Virus record (IMG/VR): IMGVR_UViG_3300022309_000011
Span: 1 to 42,873 of that record
Origin: a virus
Taxonomy: Duplodnaviria > Caudoviricetes
DNA length: 42,873 nucleotides
Reading direction: 5' to 3' (one strand)
Part shown: positions 36,254 through 42,873 of the stretch, piece after piece
How positions within the stretch are numbered: the first letter of the stretch is position 1
Layout: each line of letters starts with the position of its first letter
Notes under the pieces: model-generated
What the model saw: the letters and a program-made list of their open reading frames with translations, nothing else
Told to the model about the DNA's origin: nothing
The model's database searches: none
Translations under genes and position numbers: made by a program

Positions 36254-36603
36254 TGCGGACGTTCGGACGCAACGATGTAGGGGCATGGGTCGAAGTCACA
36301 ACCGACACGCTCGGCTATGATGATTATGTCTGGATAACCTCACTTGCTCAAGCCTTGAAGCTTACTCCGGGTGAAAGTCCGTTTTATGCAGACGTTGGAA
36401 TTCCGGCGCAACAATCGATTGTTACGCAAGTTTTTCCTGATTATTATGTGGCACAAGTCCAGTCAAGATATTCTCAATATTTTGCAAGCCTGACCATTGC
36501 CAAAGCTGCCCGGCCAGAAACGGCGAACCCGGCCACTCCGAGTTATGAAATCAATATAGTGACGCACAAAGGGATTATTATTAATCAAGTGATAGTGACT
36601 TGA
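36253..36603 (+). CDS. Baseplate wedge protein (gpW/gp25-like)
   Basis: MRTFGR, GESPFYA..GIP. Confidence 0.75.
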   Translation: MRTFGRNDVGAWVEVTTDTLGYDDYVWITSLAQALKLTPGESPFYADVGIPAQQSIVTQVFPDYYVAQVQSRYSQYFASLTIAKAARPETANPATPSYEINIVTHKGIIINQVIVT

Positions 36604-36622
36604 GTTTGATATAATAAAAAAA

Positions 36623-36639
36623 CATGCCGAGAGGCAGAA
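36623..36639 (+). promoter_or_regulatory. Late-leader GNGA hairpin motif, copy 3
   Basis: CATGCC-GAGA-GGCAGAA, preceded by TATAAT (36610-36615). Confidence 0.5.
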
Positions 36640-36654
36640 TATACGGGGCCGGAA

Positions 36655-38271
36655 ATGAGCGTAACAATCAACATGACAACAGCAGGCGCACAGCCGACAC
36701 CTCCCGCCACGTTGCGGGCGAATCTGTTAAATGCGGTTGCGGCTTCTCGGCCAGGATATACGGCAACGCTTCCAGGCTCTTTGATTGAAGATATTTCGAG
36801 TACAGACGTTGGAGCAATGGCATTCATCGATCAGGCCGTTATTGACCTGATAAATTCAATGTCACCCATTACCGCAAATGAATATTTGACGTTCTTGCTA
36901 GGCGCACAAATGGGATTGTCTAAAGGTGTTTTGAGCAATTCAAGCGCATTTGTTACTTTTACCGGGTTGATCGGTTATTCAATCGCAAAGGGCTTTGTTG
37001 TAAGCGATGGATTAAATCAATACATCGTTCAAGATTCTGTTATTTTGGGGAATGCTTCGGCAGTATCTTTCACCGGCGCAATATCAGGTACAACACTCAC
37101 AATCAGCGCCATTGCCTCCGGTCAGATACTTGTAGGCGATGCAATCACAGGTGCCGGGGTAACGGCTGGTACCGTAATTACCGGGTTCCTGACGGGAACG
37201 GGAGGCACGGGGACATACTCGGTAAATAATTCTCAAACTGTCGGAAGCGAAGCGATGACCGGCACAACGCATGGATCGGCAATCGCCTATGTCGTAGCGG
37301 TAAATTATGGCACTTGGGCAATCCCTGCCGGATCAATACAAACAATCATTACATCTGTCCCAGCGGGATACCCGCTTGTTTGCGTGAATTCATCAAACGG
37401 AACGATTGCAACAGAATCCGAAACAGTTGACTTATATCGTGCCAGAATTTTACAAGCGCAACTAGCTCCATCTGTAGGAACGATTTCATATTTAAAATCA
37501 CTTTTGCAGGCCATTCCAGGCGTTCAACCTCGCCTTGTGTCAGTTAGTGGAGCAAGTAAAATAATGGTTGGAGGTGGCGATCCTTATGCCGTTGCTGGGG
37601 CCATTTATAACGCATTGTTTGATATTGGCGATCTTAAGGGGTCAATCGTAACCTCTCATACATGGAGCGTCACGGGAAGCATTACAGGATCCGTTTTCAC
37701 GGTCACTGCGGTATCATCTGGGACAATCGCAATTGGCGATATAGTTTCGGGAAATGGCATTGAGAATCCGACAGTGATTGTTTCATTTGGGACAGGTGCA
37801 GGGGGAACAGGAACGTACAATATCAACTATTCTCAACTGATTCCGAGTGAAACAATCACAGGGGCCGCTTCTCTTAGAAATAGCATTGTGAACATTATTG
37901 ATTACCCTGATACTTACACAATTTTATATGTAGTCCCTGTATCTCAGGCTGTAACTATTTCATTGACATGGTCAACGGTTGCATCGAATTTTACTGCTAC
38001 ATCAACAATTTCGGCAGCGGCGACTACTGCTTTTGTGAATTATATAAACTCGATTCCGGTTTCAATTGCCATAAATTTATATACCTTGCAGCAAACATTT
38101 TTATCGAGCATTTCATCGATTATTCAGCCGGAGTTAATTTCTGCGTTGACTTTTGTTGTTTCGATAAATGGCGTACCCACTTCGCCGGGGGCCGGAACTG
38201 GTTTGATTTCAGGGGACAGCGAAGGATACTTTGTAACAGATGCCACAAAAATAACTTTGATTCGGGTTTAA
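36655..38271 (+). CDS. Baseplate J-like protein with two inserted beta-rich domains
   Basis: LPGSLIEDISST, ETVDLYRARI, GGGDPYAVA.AI. Confidence 0.85.
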   Translation: MSVTINMTTAGAQPTPPATLRANLLNAVAASRPGYTATLPGSLIEDISSTDVGAMAFIDQAVIDLINSMSPITANEYLTFLLGAQMGLSKGVLSNSSAFVTFTGLIGYSIAKGFVVSDGLNQYIVQDSVILGNASAVSFTGAISGTTLTISAIASGQILVGDAITGAGVTAGTVITGFLTGTGGTGTYSVNNSQTVGSEAMTGTTHGSAIAYVVAVNYGTWAIPAGSIQTIITSVPAGYPLVCVNSSNGTIATESETVDLYRARILQAQLAPSVGTISYLKSLLQAIPGVQPRLVSVSGASKIMVGGGDPYAVAGAIYNALFDIGDLKGSIVTSHTWSVTGSITGSVFTVTAVSSGTIAIGDIVSGNGIENPTVIVSFGTGAGGTGTYNINYSQLIPSETITGAASLRNSIVNIIDYPDTYTILYVVPVSQAVTISLTWSTVASNFTATSTISAAATTAFVNYINSIPVSIAINLYTLQQTFLSSISSIIQPELISALTFVVSINGVPTSPGAGTGLISGDSEGYFVTDATKITLIRV

Positions 38272-38272
38272 A

Positions 38273-38860
38273 ATGGAATCCCAAATAATCAAAAGCTACT
38301 TATATCAGCAGTATCAAGATGACCTGGATTTAAAGGCATTTGTTGATTCGTTTAACATGCAAGCGCAAGATTATGCGGATTGGTGTAATAGTATTAATTT
38401 GCCCATATACACGGGGCTTTCTGGGTTAATGCTGGATTGGATAGGGGCTAATTATTACGGGTTCCCAAGGCCGTCAATCGGTGTTTCGTCCGGGGCTATT
38501 TATAATATAGCTACTTACAACGTTGATACATTTGGATTAGGATCAACTGAATTTATAGCTGCTTCGGATGATGTGTATAAGAGAATTTTAACGTGGAAAT
38601 TATATCGTGATGATGGATTTTTCATGAGCATTAACTGGCTGAAAAAACGATTAAAACGCTTTTTAATTGGAACAAATGGAGCTGCGCCGAGAATAGAAAA
38701 CACTGACGAAATTAGCGTTAAAGTTTCAAACACAAATACAATAAATATCGTGATTAATTATCCATCAGACGCCGCATCTGTTACGCTTTTAATTGAAAGC
38801 ATGAATTCAGGATTTCTTGATATGCCCTGGCAATACACAACGATTATAGTTTCAGCGTAA
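38273..38860 (+). CDS. Baseplate I-like protein (DUF2612-like)
   Basis: YLYQQY.DD, LDWIG...YG..R, DDVYKRILTW. Confidence 0.8.
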   Translation: MESQIIKSYLYQQYQDDLDLKAFVDSFNMQAQDYADWCNSINLPIYTGLSGLMLDWIGANYYGFPRPSIGVSSGAIYNIATYNVDTFGLGSTEFIAASDDVYKRILTWKLYRDDGFFMSINWLKKRLKRFLIGTNGAAPRIENTDEISVKVSNTNTINIVINYPSDAASVTLLIESMNSGFLDMPWQYTTIIVSA

Positions 38861-38871
38861 AGGAAATACAA

Positions 38872-40047
38872 ATGACAGCCTCATCCTTAACAAACAACGT
38901 CCCCGCCCTTGCAACTCCGTTTGATAACGGGCTTGTGAATTCCGTCATTCCTTCGCCTGCTCAACTATCAAGCGGATTCGTGCCAAACGTTGACAAGATC
39001 AACGCAGAGCAACAAAACTGGCTTCACAATGCCGGAACAACTGCAATTTGGTTAATGCAGCAACTTGGCTTATCCTTGCCGTTTAATCCTTCTGCCGGAG
39101 CCTCGCTGGTTGCTACGCCTGCCGGTGGTATTGTGTCGATTAAAAACAATTCGACAGGTGCAACAGAATTTTACATCGCAAAAAATTATAGGGCTATTGG
39201 ATATACAGACCCTTCGCTTGATCCGACAAACTGGGTATTGTTCAATATAACAAATCTTGCACAATTCGCCGGATTCTTTGCGGCGTCTGGCGGAACTTCT
39301 GACGCAATAACTGCCACTTTCACAGTTCCTTATCCGGCTCTTGTAAACGGATATCCGCTTACTGTAAAAATCGGAACTCCAAATACTACGACCACTCCAA
39401 CATTTGCGCCAACGTTAAACGGTGCGGCACAAACCGCAAGAACGATTGTTAAATATGTAAACAATGCTGCTGTAGCTTTGGCGGTCGGGGACTTAACCGG
39501 GAATGCGCAATTACGATATGATCTTGCTAATACAAGATGGATTTTGGAAAATCCAAAACTAACTGAACACACTGCGTTGGCTGATTTGGCAACCAATGCG
39601 GTGAATGTAATCGGGGGCGGGTATGTCAATGCTACTTCCGTAGCATCTTCAGGGGCTATTCAATCTAGTTCTGGTGGAATAACCTCTTCCCATTCTTCTG
39701 CTGGAATAGGATACTCAATAGGTGCTGGGGGACAAGTTATTCAACTTACCAGCAAATCGACTAGCGTTACCTTAAATAGACCTAGCGGCCAAATAATTAT
39801 GAATAATAGCTCTCTAGCTTCCGGCGCATCAGTCACATTTTCATTTGCGAATACTGCAATATCACCATTGGATATATTAACGGTATTTGTGGCGGGTGGC
39901 TTTGCTACGCAGGGTTCATATAGTGTTAAATGTGATAACTACGGAATAACTGGAATAAATTCAATCACACTAACAAATAATTCAGCGGGATCACTGGCAG
40001 AAAATATAATAATTAATTTTTTAAAATTAACAATAGCAAGCAGCTAA
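38872..40047 (+). CDS. Tail fibre protein
   Basis: After baseplate I; GF......INAEQQNWL N-terminus; GIGYSIGAGGQVIQLTSKST.VTLNRPSGQI C-terminal domain. Confidence 0.75.
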   Translation: MTASSLTNNVPALATPFDNGLVNSVIPSPAQLSSGFVPNVDKINAEQQNWLHNAGTTAIWLMQQLGLSLPFNPSAGASLVATPAGGIVSIKNNSTGATEFYIAKNYRAIGYTDPSLDPTNWVLFNITNLAQFAGFFAASGGTSDAITATFTVPYPALVNGYPLTVKIGTPNTTTTPTFAPTLNGAAQTARTIVKYVNNAAVALAVGDLTGNAQLRYDLANTRWILENPKLTEHTALADLATNAVNVIGGGYVNATSVASSGAIQSSSGGITSSHSSAGIGYSIGAGGQVIQLTSKSTSVTLNRPSGQIIMNNSSLASGASVTFSFANTAISPLDILTVFVAGGFATQGSYSVKCDNYGITGINSITLTNNSAGSLAENIIINFLKLTIASS

Positions 40048-40403
40048 AATAAAATCTTAATTCCAATGCTCGCATTTCGTAAATCTGTATTTAATTTTCC
40101 GCCGATAGTTATATATTGAAATGCAGCACGCCAATCGGATGGAAGAAAATATCCGATTGTAAAATGCAACACCGCAACTTCAGACATGAATATATTAATT
40201 CTGCTTAATGTTGGATTTTCTCCAATCAATCCTGAGTAATCAAGTTCACGGTATTCTTTTGGATGATTTACAATATACCGAGTCTGTCCCCAATCAATAA
40301 CATTAAGCGTCTGAAAAGCGGCTTCACGGTAAGTGTCAGCCCTTGTCCAATTATCTGCGAATGCAGAAGTTGAAAGAAGTGCTAGAAAAATGAATTTAAA
40401 CAT
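40044..40403 (-). CDS. Antisense moron: exported/membrane protein with signal peptide
   Basis: MFKFIFLALLSTSAFA-DNWTRAD...DWGQT...ENP; GAGGA RBS; own promoter. Confidence 0.8.
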   Translation of the reverse strand: MFKFIFLALLSTSAFADNWTRADTYREAAFQTLNVIDWGQTRYIVNHPKEYRELDYSGLIGENPTLSRINIFMSEVAVLHFTIGYFLPSDWRAAFQYITIGGKLNTDLRNASIGIKILF

Positions 40404-40439
40404 AGTATCCTCTTGAATGTGCGATATTTGATGATTATC

Positions 40440-40468
40440 AATATACCGAAACGGGAATAGCAAGGCAA
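40440..40468 (-). promoter_or_regulatory. Moron sigma70 promoter with shared operator motif
   Basis: TTGCCT-17 bp-TATATT containing TTCC-N6-GGTA. Confidence 0.7.
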
Positions 40469-40495
40469 GCATTATTTACATTAAGGAAATATACA

Positions 40496-41377
40496 ATGAA
40501 AACAATACATAATATTATTTTTCTAATCGTCTGCTTGTTTTTGGGTGAACATGCATTTGCTGCAGAAACGACTTATGACGCATCCAAACCAATAAGCGCA
40601 ACGAACCCGGTCCCTTCTTGGAGTGTAGGCGCTCCATTATTGCAGGAAAACTTAATCGGTAATGCAAGTAATTATTACCCGAATAAAGTTCGTGGATTTT
40701 CATTCGGTCGCGCTCCGATAGTTGGAAACGTTCTTGTTGATCTATGGGAAGGCCCGACAACAACCTACGTTTTTACGGCTACTCCACAACAAATGAGGGT
40801 CGTTTCAACAAGCGCAGCGGATACGCTGGCGGGAACAGGGACGCAGAAAGTCGAAATTCATTATCTGGATAATTTATATGTTGCAAGAACCGAAACGGTT
40901 TCGTTAAACGGCGTAACGCCAGTTCTTACGGTCGCAACAAATATCCTTAGAATAAATTATTATCATTCAAGCCAGTCAGGAACGGGGGGGATTTCGGCGG
41001 GTAATATTTCTCTGACCAATACAGCGGGGACTGTGACGTATGGTTTTATTGCTCTCGGTAATAATACCGCGCATCAGGCAATCTATACAATCCCAGCAGG
41101 TAAAACAGGATACCTTTCACACTGGCAAACAAGTTCTGGTTCTTCAACTTCTCACTTTTGCCAAACATCCATAAAAGCGACTGCGCATGATGGAGTGTTG
41201 AATTCTGGCGTCTTTGTTACTCAGGATCAGATGGGAAGTCAAAACAATGGAGCTGTTATAAATTTTCCGACCCCGATACCAATACCAGGAATGGCGGACG
41301 TTAAAATGATGGGGATTTGTGATGCCTCAAATGCAAACGCAATTATTATTGGCGCGATGATGGGGTGGATTGAATAA
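40496..41377 (+). CDS. Hypothetical beta-rich protein with predicted signal peptide
   Basis: MKTIHNIIFLIVCLFLGEHAFA-A; Thr/Gly-rich; AAGGA RBS. Confidence 0.75.
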   Translation: MKTIHNIIFLIVCLFLGEHAFAAETTYDASKPISATNPVPSWSVGAPLLQENLIGNASNYYPNKVRGFSFGRAPIVGNVLVDLWEGPTTTYVFTATPQQMRVVSTSAADTLAGTGTQKVEIHYLDNLYVARTETVSLNGVTPVLTVATNILRINYYHSSQSGTGGISAGNISLTNTAGTVTYGFIALGNNTAHQAIYTIPAGKTGYLSHWQTSSGSSTSHFCQTSIKATAHDGVLNSGVFVTQDQMGSQNNGAVINFPTPIPIPGMADVKMMGICDASNANAIIIGAMMGWIE

Positions 41378-41748
41378 TGGGTGCGTCTGATTATGTAGGT
41401 ATCGGGTTGTTTTTTCTTACGCTTATTTTTGGCGCTGTGGGCTGGTTATTGAAAAACAAAGACGAGGCTCAAGAAGCGAAAATAACGGCGCTCGGTAAAA
41501 AGCACGATGAAGATATTGCCGGGCGAGACATACAAATACAATTGCTATTTAGAAAACATGATGAAGATGAAAAGGAATTGAGAAAACTTGAAGTACAGAT
41601 TGCGCGGAATTTTTACGAACGCCCGGAACTGGACAACAAATTTGAAAAGCTGGATAAAACATTCAAGGATGGATTTACCCTTTTGGGTGAAAAGCTGGAC
41701 AAAATGAACAGCGCATTGCTTACTCATTTGGGGGAGCATAAGACATGA
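41377..41748 (+). CDS. Single-TM coiled-coil lysis-region protein (holin/antiholin-like)
   Basis: N-terminal TM helix and charged coiled coil; precedes the endolysin. Confidence 0.6.
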   Translation: MGASDYVGIGLFFLTLIFGAVGWLLKNKDEAQEAKITALGKKHDEDIAGRDIQIQLLFRKHDEDEKELRKLEVQIARNFYERPELDNKFEKLDKTFKDGFTLLGEKLDKMNSALLTHLGEHKT

Positions 41749-42191
41749 TGAAACGCCAGGTTACACTTATCCGCGACCCGTCAACAAATGACGGCACTTT
41801 CGGCACTCTTGTTTCAGATAGTGGAAAAAGTTTTATATCCGGTGAGTTACCTTGGCACAACAACAAGCCGGGAATAAGCTGCATACCTGAAGGCTTATAT
41901 GAATGCCGCTTATTCGATAGCCCGAAGCATGGATGGTGCTATCAAGTTTATGGCGTACCAGGAAGGGATTTAATCGAGATACACTCGGCCAATTTCATGG
42001 CTGACAAGCCAAAGGCAAAGCAACTTGAAGGATGTATTACATTAGGAAAATCAAAGGGTATGATGGCCCCAAGCCCCGGCAAACCTCCACAAATGGCATT
42101 ATTGAAAAGCCGTATTGCAGTCGATGAATTTGAAGAAGAAATGCAGGGGCAGGCTTTTGATTTGCTGATAATCAACAAGGGGGATGTATGA
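41745..42191 (+). CDS. Putative endolysin, DUF5675 family
   Basis: LIR......GTFGTL, ELPW..N....SCIPEG.Y, VPGR..IEIHSAN, LEGCI.LG. Confidence 0.8.
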   Translation: MMKRQVTLIRDPSTNDGTFGTLVSDSGKSFISGELPWHNNKPGISCIPEGLYECRLFDSPKHGWCYQVYGVPGRDLIEIHSANFMADKPKAKQLEGCITLGKSKGMMAPSPGKPPQMALLKSRIAVDEFEEEMQGQAFDLLIINKGDV

Positions 42192-42421
42192 ATTTTCTGC
42201 AAGATGACAGCGGAAATAATTCGTCAATTCGGCTGGCGATGGTTTCATGGGTGTTTGTTGTGTTATTCGTTTGGGCCGGAATTAGCATTTACAAAGGCAC
42301 TATGGCAGAAATACCGTCTAGTGTAGGTACAATGATCGGGTTAATGCTGGCGGCAAAAATTTGGCAAAAAAATACTGAAACAACCGCAAAATCAGGGAAT
42401 GAAAATAATGTGCCAAATTGA
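42188..42421 (+). CDS. Putative holin (2 TM)
   Basis: FLQDDSGNNSSIRL followed by two hydrophobic helices. Confidence 0.65.
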   Translation: MNFLQDDSGNNSSIRLAMVSWVFVVLFVWAGISIYKGTMAEIPSSVGTMIGLMLAAKIWQKNTETTAKSGNENNVPN

Positions 42422-42608
42422 TGATGCCGCAAAAACGGATGAATTCTTTTTGCAAAAAGCTTTAGAGAAAAGAAATTTAACGATCAAGCCTATTGGCATT
42501 TGTTATTTTTGCTATGAAGAAATCGAGTTAAAAAATTTATTTTGTGATTCTGATTGCCGGGATGATTGGCAAAAACAAGAAGATCACAGAAAGCGGGTAG
42601 GAAAATGA
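42408..42608 (+). CDS. C4 zinc-finger protein (TraR/DksA-like)
   Basis: IDDA N-terminus; GICYFC...FCDSDCRDDW. Start may be 42399. Confidence 0.7.
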   Translation: MCQIDDAAKTDEFFLQKALEKRNLTIKPIGICYFCYEEIELKNLFCDSDCRDDWQKQEDHRKRVGK

Positions 42609-42873
42609 ATAGAATTGTTATTGACTTTTTATTCGCATGTGCCGCAATTGCGGTTTTTTTTGGAATTTCCCATTTTATCGAATCGAATAATCCAACAAAT
42701 GAAGATCCGGCCATAGTTTCACCATTAATTGATGGTATCGGGAAAGAAGAAATTCATCCCGAAAAAATTGAGGTTTACAAAGGTGAGGCAAAAAAGAAGC
42801 TTCCAATTCCACAAGAAAAAAAGGATGATCCGGCATCACATGTAGCGGCAGCCACTGAGACACCGGCAGATGG
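42605..42873 (+). CDS. N-terminal part of the last lysis-region gene (runs off the window end)
   Basis: MNRIVIDFLFACAAIAVFFGISHF...AATETPAD; N-terminal TM; no stop codon before the window end. Confidence 0.7.
   Translation, partial: MNRIVIDFLFACAAIAVFFGISHFIESNNPTNEDPAIVSPLIDGIGKEEIHPEKIEVYKGEAKKKLPIPQEKKDDPASHVAAATETPAD

Larger units (their letters stand above)
1..42873. mobile_element. Near-complete tailed phage genome (myovirus, Bcep781/Aaphi23-like structural module), apparently circularly permuted
   Basis: Full gene set from terminase through portal, capsid, sheath, tube, baseplate and lysis, plus a lambdoid-style early region. The open ORFs at the two window ends look like halves of one gene. 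Confidence 0.93.

Noticed and set aside
32483-40047. Diversity-generating retroelement or invertible tail-fibre system
   Set aside because: No reverse transcriptase or invertase, and no template/variable repeat pair differing only at adenines was seen

Overview
The window looks like a near-complete ~42.9 kb tailed phage genome: a myovirus with a Bcep781/Aaphi23-like head and tail module, probably from a proteobacterial host. It is opened inside the last lysis-region gene. The layout is a leftward early operon (Bet/Exo recombination, ParB-like protein, interrupted methyltransferase) and a rightward operon (cro-like, replication protein, helicase-methylase, ninG), followed by terminase, head, contractile tail, baseplate, tail spike/fibre and lysis genes. 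I found no integrase, CI repressor or tRNA. The main discovery is a six-cassette integron-type array at 12643-15193, between ninG and terS. It has six attC sites, each cassette has mutually complementary ends as expected from IntI-mediated insertion, and there is an upstream sigma70 promoter but no integron integrase in the phage. One cassette encodes a C5 DNA methyltransferase split across two almost fully overlapping reading frames. Other points of interest are a candidate acr-aca-like operon between the portal and head genes, a shared operator-like motif in three promoters, a covarying GNGA hairpin in three late leaders, a Nudix-DUF2213 fusion, mobile beta-rich domains in structural proteins and a possible unusual spanin. 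All family assignments come from motif recognition and synteny; no database search was run.
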